Of a DNA stretch of 64,000 nucleotides, positions 35,183 through 48,000 are shown piece by piece. Position 1 is the first letter of the stretch. Each line of letters starts with the position of its first letter. The position numbers were made by a program, and so were the translations under genes. The stretch lies in assembly GCF_022539665.2 (NCBI RefSeq), contig NC_081331.1, positions 12,090,001 to 12,154,000 on the forward strand, given 5' to 3'. The notes under the pieces are model-generated. The model was not told the origin of the DNA. It was given only the letters and a program-made list of their open reading frames with translations, and searched no databases. Source of the DNA: Daphnia carinata (taxonomy: Eukaryota).

Positions 35183-36611
35183 CGCTGAAACTCGTTCACC
35201 AGTCTCTTTGCTTTTGTTTCGTCGTTTTCAGCGCATTTCTTCGTCGTTTATTTGCCTTTTTTTTTTCACCCAAACAACAGTCTGATTTGTCAAACCAAAA
35301 CTGCAGTTTTTGTTGCTGTGGCAACAAAAAAAAATACCAAAGAAAACAATAAGACATTTGATTATTCATGGACGAGGTATTCTACGTATTATGATATTTT
35401 ATTATTTGATATTTCCCTCTCATCAGCTTTTATACGATCGACTTTTGATCTTTTGTTCAGACCAATGTATTATGTAACGGGATTGCGATATTTTTCTTTT
35501 TTTGTGGGGGAGGTCTGCAAACAAACAATGCCAACGGAAACCCTCAAGGCTAGGAGACATTGAACGAAATCTATAAGCGGTTCCGGTATCCATTTTTGTT
35601 GAATCGAAATTATGTTGTTTTTTTTTTTTCTTTTTCACGAAACCGCCCACCCAGAATTCTAAGCATACACGCACATAGCGTATGAAAGAGAACTCTGTCA
35701 CAAAGTTTTTACTTGTTACATTATTATTGTTGTTTTTCTTTTGCATTTTTGTTGAATGTTAAACCTAAATAAAGAAGTGGATCTGTCCTATGAATGAGAA
35801 CTCGCTACGGACAGCTACTAGCGAAACGACATTGACTATTTAAACGTACTCCCCATTGACCTTTTCCTCTTTTTGAAGATTCATACAAGAAGTCACCACG
35901 TTCGACTGAAGGATTACACGCAAAAAAACTGACAGAAACAAGAATTGAAAAAAAAAAAACGCCCCCGCCATTTGTGACGTTTCGTTGGCGTTGTTTTATC
36001 AAAACGGATACGAGGAAAACGAACTGCAATTTCTTTTTAAAAAGCCGTGCAGAATTGCTGGGTCTTTTTTTTTTGAAGCATTTAGGGTTAAAATTGTTCG
36101 TCTTTAGGAGGATAGAATGGGGTGGATCGAGGCAATTCGCATTAAAGTGCCTTCAAGTATTTTTCTTGAGGACCAGTGACCTAGCAACCTGAATGCAACG
36201 TAAACGCCCCAAGAAACGGCCGTCTCCATAAACTCCTCTCTCTTTTGTATTTCTCTTGAGGGGGAAATTAAGATTTGAGGGGGGGAAAAACCCAACGGGG
36301 AAGACGAAGAAAGAGAGGGGAAAAAAATAATAATAAAAATCAAGTAAAAAGCAATGCCAAAAAAGCAAGAAAAGTCACGTTCGAAAACTTGATTCTCACA
36401 CATTTCATGTGCTCTTAGTGTGCAATATGCCATTACAGTTTTGAAGGAAAAAAAAAAGAATTATTCATGTGCATAGGGGAAATAGCTAGCTAGTGGCAAT
36501 GCACTTGCCAGGAAATGACATTTCACCTGCTCCGCCATAATAAAATTTTTCCTTCCCTGTCAAAGGCCTGGTTCCCATTTTAAAGTTAAATTCGAATAAA
36601 CGAGAACTCAC

Positions 36612-36970
36612 CAAACGAAAAGGGGGGACAGCTTAAAAAATTCTTTAACGCCCAAAAATAAGACGCAACAAACACATACACACACATACACAAACAATGG
36701 AGGAGCCCCAGCAAAAGAACACACTCACACACAACACACGAACCTGATGCCTGTGTATCGGTGACCGTTTTTCCCTACGGCCAGAACTTGTTGTCTTGAC
36801 CACGAACGCACAAATACTGAAGTGAACGGAGGAAACGAGGCCCGATGTTGTGCATGCAATTCTCTCACGAACACGAACGCAGAGATACACACGTTACACA
36901 CTCACACACACGCTTACACGCAAAGGGGACACAGAGAACGCAGAAGCAAGGGCAGGGCCGTTCTAGTCGA
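36612..36970 (-). other. Putative non-coding first exon (5' UTR) of FNDC3
   Basis: Consensus donor TTTG|GTGAGT (GT at 36611-36610) pairing with the acceptor at 35316, and located just downstream of the GAGA block. TSS not determined. Confidence 0.5.
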
Positions 36971-37058
36971 GTGTAGGATGGGAAATGAAGACTGCAGCGC
37001 GTGTAACAAACACGACGCCCTGAGAGAGAAAGGAGATTTTGACAGTTCAGACCTCTTC

Positions 37059-37113
<55 letters not shown>

Positions 37114-37118
37114 TCTCT

Positions 37119-37159
<41 letters not shown>

Positions 37160-37320
37160 CCTCTCTCTCTCTCTATGTGGACGTGATGCAGAAACGGGTA
37201 GGGACTCACAGAATGACAGTCTAATTTGAGGGGAAAATACAAAAAAAACTCAAGTGGGCGTAGACATCCGGCGTCACCGCCATTTTCCTACATGGATCTT
37301 ATCGCCATCTTTTGGCCAAT
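36960..37320 (-). promoter_or_regulatory. Putative FNDC3 promoter region: GAGA array, two YY1/PHO-like motifs and a CCAAT box
   Basis: CCGCCATTTT at 37277-37286, CGCCATCTT at 37303-37311 and CCAAT at 37316-37320, next to the GA array and immediately upstream of the inferred first exon. Confidence 0.5.
37060..37174. repeat. (CT)n/(GA)n microsatellite of ~115 bp with a CTCTTT-type interrupted middle
   Basis: Directly visible. Confidence 0.97.
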
Positions 37321-40300
37321 ACAAGCACTTGGTTATGGAATTTTAAAATACAAAAAAACAAAAATAATCAAAATCAAATGAAAAGAAACAAAAATAAATC
37401 TTAATAGCCACAAAGCGTGAAATAAAATCGAAGATAGGAGTGCGTGTGAAAATAAGCGGTTCATTGCTGCCAGTCGCTCCCAAAGACTTTAGCAAAAGAC
37501 AATGAAAATCAAATGTCTTCTGTAGATAAATATGTCAGCGGAAAGCAGACACCGTGCCTATAGAGGAGGGAACGTCAGTGAACTCTCCAAATAATGAAAG
37601 AGCGACATTACATTACACGGGTCTCCGACGATGTAGTGCGATGTTTAGTTTTTCGCTCCGACGGGGAAGTGCGCTGAGATGCCTTGTTTGTATGTCGTGA
37701 CAAAGTGGCTTGAAGACAACTACGGCAATGGAAAATTGAAGTTACAGTAAGAAACAAATTGGGAAGCGTCAGAGAGAACGATGTCTGAACTGATTAATGT
37801 CACGTACGTATGTCTGAATCCCATGTTAACATTATTTTTGCAGAGACGTCTGCCAATACTACTTCTTTTCCCTCATCACCGACGACACTGCAGTACAGTA
37901 AATACTTTAAGGTTTTCAATGACTTTACACAGAAACAGACATTAACGTTGAATTTATTTTTTTAAGTCTGATATAATCAGGACTTTGCATAAGAAATTAA
38001 AGTTGAATTAATAATAAAAAAGTTGGTACAACTACATCTACAGTGCATCGCCTAAGAAGCAGTCATAATCTTAGTAAGAAGCACTGAAACAGCATGTTTT
38101 AATTACAGGAACCAACAAAGATTTAGCAATATTTGCAAATGACAATTTTCTTACGTTAGCTCTGAATAAGCCTACCCTTCATAGTTCGGTGGAATAATTT
38201 GTTGTGTGCTTCTTCCTTTGCATCCCGTATTCTTTAATCCAAGACAAAAGGATTCACCCAAAACTACACAGTTACGCGCAAGCCATATTTAAAAACACTT
38301 TTATAATAGATCTAGCATTTTCAAACAAAAAACCATCAAGCGAACGTGAGTCCCTTGTGTTTTTTCGTTCTAAATACTATCAACACTTTTCCTAATTATC
38401 GTTATTAACTCGTTAAGTAAATACTTTTTGTCTTTCTCTCTTAAAATGAGGCGCAGTCGTTATGTTCCAAAATATTTAGATATTTAATCCAGTTGGGGAA
38501 CGATTAAAATCAAATTTGGAACCTTAAAATTCCATTTGCATATTTTTTGACAGCGCAAGTCACCGACCTGTCACACCAACTGCGACTACGTAGCAAGTTT
38601 ACGATACCTACCGTTTCAATATCTGTACATCTGGCAATGGGTATGACACAAACAAGTAACACTTGTGGCAACAGCATTTCCCGCTGTGACTGTTTTTGAC
38701 GATTCCTTTTTTTTTTTCTAAGAAAAATATTTTTTTACCAGCCAGAGATTGTAAATACAGTAAGAAAGGCTAGAATTTTTTCTTGTGAGACAAAACGTAA
38801 CGCGTTCTTTTTCCGCTATTCGTTCTCAATGCGCTTGCAATCGTCACGTAGCTGTATGCTGCTACCGTAATTTATATTGTTTTCTTGAATAGGTTTATTT
38901 GGTAAGCAAACACCACCAGAATTCCACTTTAATCTCTTCAACGATCGAAACTGTGTAACCAAAAAGCTGTTAGACGCAAGAAAAATAAATCATCACCAAA
39001 ACGACGTGTGCATCAAAGAAAGTGTGAAATAGTCTATTATTCATTTGCTGCAACCCAAAAATGCTTCGTTACGCAGCGACTTTTTCTGTACAACAACCGC
39101 GTCGGCCTTTTATTTAGCTTTCCTTCGAACAATACGCAACGTAAATGCCTATTGTCCTGAAAGTATAGCCTGAATTTTCTTTGAGTTTTTTTTTTTTTAT
39201 CCTACCATCTTCTTGTCCGGCGTTGCCTGCGTTGAAACTATGTCTTTGTCGACTATCCAATCAATTCGTAATGCTGACGAACGATACAAACTCAGGACCG
39301 GAAAAAAAGGTTCCTTTCTTAGAAGAAGTCATCTGTACACGACTTTGATCTAAGTGATGACACTGAAAAAAGAAACAACAACTGGGGAAGAAAGACGATC
39401 GCCGTTATGTAGTAACATTTCGAAAGGGACATGCCATTTATCGGAAGTTCAGCTGTATCCGCCCCGTCACTGTGTAAGAAAAGGTTGATTCGTTATCCGC
39501 AATGCCTGAATTTTTCAACTCGAAATTTGTTGGAAAATCTTTTGCTGGTCGATTCAAGCATTTTGGCATTGGCCCCGTTTTGCGAGATCGGAAAGACAGC
39601 TACTGTTGCTGTTAGGGATCGAATTAACATAATTTTTTATACGCGTAGGAAATGCCTGTATTTTGATAGCTGATTATATTTTATTAGTCGTCTTCCATGA
39701 CTCGTACAGGTTGCGTCTTCATATCGTTCTGCGTGTGTCTTCATCAGAAAGTACTGCTCATCATCTATTCGTAGTTCAACACTCCTCATCTTCATCGTAT
39801 TTGACTACGCTTACGAACTCGGTGCTCAACACCTTCCCAATTAAGGAACACCGAACGGTATCTAACGCTGCTAAGGACTAGAAGTTTTTAGAATAAGGCC
39901 TGCAAGTTTCCTATCTATAGTACATGTCTATACGCAATAGGCGCTTCACAATCGGCATAAATATGATCTAGAGTGAACGAAGATGATAATAACTACATGC
40001 TTCATTAAGGATTTCTGCTGGCAAGTTCGACTATACAGCGCACATTCCCTCTGGACGCCATTACCTTTCAAGTTCTCATAACAAAAGCTACCGCATTATT
40101 TCCTAGTTTTCGTTTTCATTACACTGTCTAGACTTTTAATAAGACTGGAGATAAAATACCAGCGTACGTAAAACGAGGATTTCTATTGCACGCCATCGAC
40201 CCGTGGGTTGAACGACCGTCCTTCATGAACTCTCTTCCGATTCGCCAAAACACCCGTGTATAAAATGTATCAGCTTTGACCAAACTGTAAAAAATTGAGC

Positions 40301-41249
40301 GGAAAAAAAGCGGAATGGTGGGCAAAAATAGACGCTTATGTATCCGGTGTTATCAGCGCTGCAAATAATAAAAACATTTCAGGAAACGTATAGAGGACAA
40401 CGGGATCGATTACTCAGTTCATTATTGCAGGCAGTTTCCTATTACAACATCCCCCCCCCCCCGTCTACACTATAACACTTAATGTCCCCATTTTAGTGTA
40501 TCCTTATACTACGGTCATCCGACTATGTTGGGAAGTTCACGATACATATATAGCGAGAGCGAGAGAGAGGGTAAGAAAAGAGCAATAATAACAGGACTGC
40601 TTCTTTTTTTTCTCTCTTGCGCTCTTCGTGTATGTTGGATGAACTCGATGGAGTCAGTCTATTGTGAAGAAGAGCACTGAAAGATGGCATTGCTGAGAAG
40701 GGCCGTAGAGCTAGCCACTACCATAGCAACAGAATCAGTTGCCTGGAGAGGCCGGCGACATCCGTGATAATATACAATGACCTCTTATTGATTTTCGTGA
40801 AAAAAAAAAAAAAAATAAAAATAAAAATACACATTGTACAGAGTAAACAGAGAGGCAGAGAAAATCCGGAGAGTATAAAACAAATAAAGGATTCTACTGT
40901 ATAAGACTATACACGCTTCCTGTGTAGACAAACAGTAACTCAATCGTTTTCCGTAACGGCGGTGACAACTGTGTGTACCCGCCGACTTGAGTGTGGTTAT
41001 TGTAGCGGCGATCGCCTCAGTTTCCTGGCAAATGAAAACTGGGTTTTTCGCAGATGAGCACGCAGTATGTTCGCAGTATGTTACGAACATAACTGTAACT
41101 TTGTTTTGTTCAAATGGCTCTTATAATAGTTAGTCTTTTGCACAGTCCAGCAGAACATTATCTATTCGCTGTATCTATGCGCTAAACAGTCCGTTTTCTT
41201 TTCAGACTAAACACAGTTTTGTTCATTAAATTAGATTTGCTTTCTTCTT

Positions 41250-42000
41250 CAACAATCTTCTTTATTTTGCCGTTTTCATGCTTCATTTTTTTTTTCTTCC
41301 CCTTTATAAACGTTAATCTTCTTTGGCGATCTTTTTCGTTCCACCCTATTATCGTCCGCGAGTCTTATTTCCTTTGGCAGTGATATACAGTATGTGATGT
41401 CTTATAGAAAGCATCCTGGACCTCTTCATCGCAAACAAACATACTTTTCCTCCTCCTTTTTCTCAGTCTAATTTCATTTCTTGTTTCTAATCCTTTTCTA
41501 AATATTTTCCTATACGATTATTTACATGAAAATAGGCGGAAGAGTATTTTCTACCTTTTCTTTATTATCTCTTCCACTGTTTTTCCATCATTTTGAGCAA
41601 CATTATTTCACAACGTATCTTTGCATTTTTATCCTCTTACCTCCCGACTGAGGATTCTTTTGATGTCAAACTAGATATCATTGCCCTTCTTCAAGCCAAC
41701 CCTTCGCCACTTCATCGTGACGCTTGAATGCCTTTCTGTATGACATAATCTATCACGTGCTTGGCGTTTTTTAAAAGCAAAATTCTATTTCAAGTAAGAT
41801 ATAGTATGTACAAGGCATTTTGTGACATCTCTGCCACTTCAAGAACTGACTCTTCAATCCAAAGGAATGAAGCCATTCTTCACATTTTGCCCTCGTTCTT
41901 CTATTCTAATCGAGAATGAACAAATCCAGCTCGTTAGATGTTAACTCAAAGACTAGGACGAGGGCATCTTCAAGATGCTGACTATAACATTGCTTGATAA
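41250..42000 (-). mobile_element. Possible heavily decayed retrotransposon gag relic with two degenerate CCHC zinc knuckles
   Basis: Strongly purine-rich minus strand. Fragments [C]FVCDEEVQDAFYK (CX2CX4HX4C spacing; V and Q are each one substitution from G and H) and C/YHCQRK*D at 41360-41445, with upstream fragments KCEEWLHSF, WIEESVLEVA and DEVAKGWLEE. Multiple stops and frameshifts. Confidence 0.35.
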
Positions 42001-45000
42001 GACTGCCAAACAAGATGAATTTCACCTTAATATTCAACAAGTTTCTTTCGTTTTTCTTTTTGGTTCGTAGTGTTTCCTATTATTCGCTCATTTGCTTGTT
42101 ACAGTTAATTAGACACATGACGTACTATGGTATAGAAAATGAAATGATAATCCTCATTGACACGATGACGTCTCTATCATAGCGCTCTGTAATTTCATCA
42201 GAAGCAATCACGTTCAACTCAATGAGCTCTTTCATATGTTCACACATGTCAGTAACACAAAAATAATTATTTACAAATAGGACCTTGTTTCCTGACAAAA
42301 AACGAATTCTTTTATCTGTAACCTGTCGAACAAGGGGAATTGGTGTGAAGCCGAACTGCCTATACCAGCAACCGTCTAAACCACTGAATGATTTTCAAAG
42401 GAGAGCCAACAAAATCTACACACTCATCACATAACGTCGTTCACAGCCCACGCAGCAGTCTACAGAGTAGATTATATTGATCAAAGAAAAATGGGCCGCA
42501 TCAGAACAGACGGTGCGTGCTATTTGGGATATGGAAGGCAAGAGGAGTAAATAAGCCTATATATTAGATGCACGTCATCGGGCATCGTCATATATATAGA
42601 CAGAGAAAGAAAAAAAAAAGGGAGAGGTTAAACAATCAGCAGAGAAGCTCGTGTCTAGCTGATGCTGTTGTCATGTCTGTGCTTTTTCTCCCCTCACACT
42701 TTGCGTCGCTTCTGCGCCGGTCTAGATCAATGAGGATATCAGCTGCGCGACTTTGTCAAGTTTCGGATCCAGCTATAGAGAAATACAGGCACGACGAAAT
42801 GCCACAGAGTCCGTCCAGTATCGCACTAGCCTGCCGACGGCGAGGTGCTGGTGCCCGTGTTTTTTATGTATCCGCCGGGAGAGGGGATCGTGCGGTGACA
42901 TTTATTTCCCTCATTTGCAAAATCAAAACATCCTTTCTAGTCAACTGTTACATACAGAGAGAAGTCAGTAAAAACAAATTTAAAAATTCAGAGCACATTA
43001 TTACGCTCCGTTATCAACGGCTATCGATTGCTTTTATATCGTAGGCCATCATCAGAAGAATCGAGCCTTCCAGGATTAGAAACGAGAGGTTGCGTTGAGT
43101 GTCAAAACTACGTCTGTGCGTATAAACGATATCGGTGTATTCATTGTGTTGATTCAAAGATACATCCATAAAGGAAAAACGAATACGAGGAACGTTATTA
43201 AAGCGAATCAAAGAGAGAAAAGAGACAAACACAGGCATCATCGGCAATAGTAGGCATCTATGTTGCGTACTTAAGTGTTTAAAGGGGCGGTGTTCCCAAC
43301 TTCGACGCCCATTTGATATTCCATTAGCCGAATTGCTTCTGATATAGCCTGGCCGTGATGTGCTCTAGATCGCCACCACTGTAAAGCAGTTTACTAGCAG
43401 CGTGTGCGTGCATCGCCAACAACAGCACGAGAGAAAAAAAAAGAGGGCAACCATTGTGAGCTTTTGTCGATCTATTTTCCGGCCTAGTGCGGCAAATCAT
43501 CCACTATCCGTCTTCATTCTTCTTCGAAATTCATTTCTCACTTTTAGAAGGCAGGAAGAATAAGAGAGTTTCTTTTTCTTTTGTCACATCTCCGTTAGTG
43601 TAAGATTTTTTTTCCCCCACTTAAATATTGAACACGAAATAATTGAATCAAATCCCGTATCAATTTTCATTATCGTGTCTCTCCTTAACGCTTCTCTGAC
43701 TCCGCTCAATCGTTACGCGGCCGGTTTTGCACGCAAGAAAGTGGGTATGTATGTGTGTGTGTGTGTGTATAACGGACGTAGAAGTCCGTTCATTGCGCCT
43801 TTTCCGCTTCATTGTGTCAGTGCTATTTAGTGTGTCGCAACGGCCAACTACTTGAACCGTCAACTTTGTTGCCGCTCCTTAAATATTTACGGCTCTGCTC
43901 TGGAAGTGTTCGCCTCTTCAGTTGTTGTGGATATTATTACATACGTCATCAACTCCGAGTAAGTTGTCCCCTTTTTTTTTTTATTATTTTACAGACTTTA
44001 AAAGAAAAAAAATTATGTTTTTGTTGCTGGCGGTTTGATGCGTTCCACTTTTGCCGATCTTTATTTCTACCGCTCCTGTTATATATGGGCTGCTGTTGAA
44101 AGTGGCATAGCACTGTGCGACGTCGCTCCATTTTCCCTATTTCGCCAACATCTAACAGCCACTGCGTTCCCATTATTTATGATCCTTCGCTCTGTATTGC
44201 TCGCAGCCGCAAATCAGCAGCAACTATACACACTGAGAGGGGAGAGAGCAGTACTATGCAGCACTTGTCGTGGCAATCTGCTGACTACTCCACTTCTTAT
44301 TCCTTCTTTTCTTCAGCCGCCATCAGCCTATTTCCACGTACCCCCTCCCCCTCCTTCCTCTACTCTTTGCGCGTATATAGCATCATCAGCTATAGCTCCG
44401 GCACGGCAGCGAACGCGTCGTGCATAATCAAACAGCTTGCTCTTTCCTCGTTCCAGACTTCTTATTTTGTTATTCCACTCTGCCGGGGCCTTTCTCTCTT
44501 TTTTTTTTTTCTCATCTCAATTTCTTAGCGCCTTCTGCCCTTTTTCATTTCAACAAATCATGCTGTGTTTACGTATAGATAGGCAAATTTGAACGTCGTG
44601 CTCGCATCCCTATTTTAAACTATCATTCCAGGAAAATCCACTGAAACTTCGTTATCTATACTCTAAGTCGTCCACTGAGAACTTGAAGGAGACGTGAAAG
44701 CCGGAACGACAGAAATGATTAAATTAAGTAGATCGTGAGGATAATTATCAAGAGGATGGAAACTTGCTCTTCATTTTCACGATGAATAAGTTCTATTGAA
44801 ACGACGTGACAAAAGGTATTAGAAGACGAACTACTCTGAATGTTTTTGAAACGCGTTAAAAAGATTGAAATCAGTGAAGTAGGACGCACGCACTCCTTCA
44901 ACTCAATCGCCACCTATTTCTTTCTTTTCATTGTCTTTGCCAGTTATTAACAAGTTAGGGAATATTCCATGGTTTTTTATCATCTCCGTTCCGGCCTCTC

Positions 45001-48000
45001 CTGTTGCTATACCATATGGTGTGCCAAGCTACCGATAAGCGGATCCGTATAGATGAATAGCGTTCGCGTGATCCTTCATTTCTGTCCGCCATCCCTATAT
45101 GACTGTGGACGAAAATAGCTGAATATACGTTGTTAGCACGCATCCTAGTTGCGCAAGAATTATAGGTCTATGCAACGTAAAAATCCTGCTGAAGAAAAGC
45201 CTTGATGGCATCACCTCCTTGGCTATAATTATAAAGCAAAAAAAAAAAAGGACGGAATAATTTAAAAAAACGATATCCCTTGTGTGTTTTATTGCTTTAT
45301 GAGAAATCGCTACGTAAACACACCAATCACCGACGCACAATAGCTTACGAAAAAAAAAAAGTCCTCGTATGGCTCGATGTGGAGCGTTACACTCGCCAAG
45401 TCATTGCATTGCCATCAACTTAATAGTCTGATGTCTCATCTCTTCTGAGCGGATGTGTCTGTATAAAACTTACCTTGGCCATAGAAGCGCAGTTCCGTCA
45501 TTCCAGCAGTTTCGATGGATTACCATTTCGATCGGCGTGGACACTGATTGATGGTTTCCTCTCTTGTTTTTTCTATTCTCTCTCCCATTTTATTTTTTTT
45601 TTGTTTTTTTTTGAAGCGAGCCCCTGCTTGCCACCTATAAATTCCCTATTTTATAGTCGTTGCAGTTGGCAATGAAAAGGTGTTGCAACTTTTTACTTTT
45701 GTTCAACAACCAGACAACAGCATCGTATTATAGTGCACTACATACCCGAGTGTGTGTTTATATCCCGTTTTTTCTTTTAACGCTGCACGTTCGTTCTGCT
45801 TCCGTTATTATCAAACTGGAGATCATCGTTGACTAGACTGGACCGGTTAGATGTTAATTCACTGGTCAATAATCTGGAACACAATTTCAACAATAGAATG
45901 AGACGTTCTATAGACATCCACGTGTATAGCGGCATGCAATTTCAATGCACACAAAAGAGTTAATAGGGCGGACTATTGATTTAAACGAAAATGCTTTAAT
46001 CAACATCAAAGCAGCAATGCAACAACACAAAAGCTATTGAGAAGGGAAAACATTAGTTTGCCGCACACAGACGTTGTAGCGGTAGCCGTGGAAAAGAAGA
46101 GATTCAATCAAGCTTGTGCTAGGGGGATTTCTCTATTACAAGACGACAGACCTTGGTCGGAATGTATATCAAGAAAATATAAAGGGAGAAGACCGGGTGA
46201 AGAACTCTAGATGTATCTAAACGCTGATGGTGAAGAGAGAAAAGATGTGGAACCCGACCGAGTCAACAAAGTCCAATCCCGTTGCTGTCTGGCTCTCGGC
46301 CATTTTCTCTTTTGCACTATGGCGGGAGCTTGATGGTAGCCACTATATAATCTGCAGACGTCGGAGGGCGGCTCACGTTCCTCTTAGAGCCAAGCGTGAG
46401 TAGCAGCGGCTTTCGTTGACTTTGTCCATTTATTTTCTGTTGCTATTGTTGATGTCATCAATTGATCATTGCCTGTAGGGCTCCATTTTCCAGCTATTCG
46501 GATCGCGCATGTTCCTCTCGTTGTGATTGTTATGTTGAAAATTCCAGCAGTCAAAGTCGAAATTCCCCGATCTTCAAAGGTAGAATGCCGTACGGAATGT
46601 CTAAAAAAAAAAATAGAGAAGCCATTTTTGCTCCTCAGTTATCATCAGATCAGCCCGGCTGACGCCCAACCTTCAATGTATAATGGGTGCCATAGTGTAC
46701 AATCGACGGAGCGTGAAGATGTGTATATTGGAAACAACTGGAAGCACAAAACATATTCCAATATATATATTTTTTTTTTCTCTTCTTCTTAGATTGCCAT
46801 TCTCGTTTCTTGTGACGTCATGTCGTCCGCTACGAAATGGGACAAAAGACGGAAGAATAAAAGATTTCCAAGAAGACAACAATAAAAACATTGAGTGAAT
46901 GCCATTGATCAAAATCGCGACATGCCATTCTTTAGATATATTTGGCTGGCTGACGTCATCGAAATGTAGAATAAAAAAAAAAGAAATAGAAAACTTTTTT
47001 CACATAGTCAACGGGATTTCCCATCGTTCAGTATGAAACTTGATGTTTCTGGCAGCATCCCACGGCCAACAAGAACAAAAAGGATATAGCTTCCTCTTCG
47101 CTTGTAGGGTTATACATGTAGATGTGCTTTTCCGTCCTTCTTTTTTCCCCTCACCATCTTCATTGGAAACCGACCAAAAGGACGAAAAGAAAAGAAAAAC
47201 TTCTTTGGAAGGACCGTAGTAAGCAAGTCCAAGTCTCTATAGGCAATGTCCAGTTTGAAGATGTGTGAGAAAAGAATTGGCCGTAGGCTGTCAGCCAAAA
47301 AAGGAAAACCTTTTGTATCTATATAAATGGTAACTTGGTGTGTTCGGCATTCCGTGCAACCGGAACTGACACTTCCATTATCAACGTGATAGTACACAAT
47401 ATAAGGAAATCATCCGTCTCTCTTTGATTTCTTTTTCTCCATCCCTTTATCTGTCTTCTCATTTCACACAACCTCAAGTACAACTTTATTCGCTTTACAC
47501 TTAAAAGTATCCTCTTATTATCTCGAGAAAAAAAAGTTGGCATTACATTTCTCACTCGTTATCCGTTGGTTTGTCTTCCGTCATCACACAGATCGCCTAC
47601 ATATAGTATAGAAGTATAGATCCCTTGATTGGGATTCGAAGAACACGACTCGACGACACGACACCGATGTAGAAACATCAGCTGTCACTAATGATATAGG
47701 GCTCGCTTGATCTCAAAGTTACGTACTCCGTGTCACCTCAGCATTTACAAAGTTATTTATCTTTACTTCTAACCCCTCCGTCTTTCCCCATGTTCTCATC
47801 AAATCTGTGTATATAGTTTTTTTCCATGTAGCAGAACGCTCCCTATAGATGAACGACCGTGTTGGAACAGGCTATCCGGTGGGGGAAAGCTCCTGGCTTT
47901 CTATTTATTCCCTCAGCTACTATGTACATATATTCCGTATAGATGCTCAAGTTTGTTACGCGACAATACCCAGCTTTTCTGCCCGTTCTGTTCCCCTTTG

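Noticed and set aside
35228..35236. Minimal uORF ATG-CGC-TGA in the FNDC3 leader
   Set aside because: Present, but such short uORFs are common and there is no evidence of function.
36822..37242. SL- and ER-repeat ORFs
   Set aside because: Translations of the CT/GA microsatellite.
45828..45880. Imperfect hairpin starting with TGACTAGA (miR-279-like seed)
   Set aside because: The rest does not match miR-279 and the stem is short and bulged.
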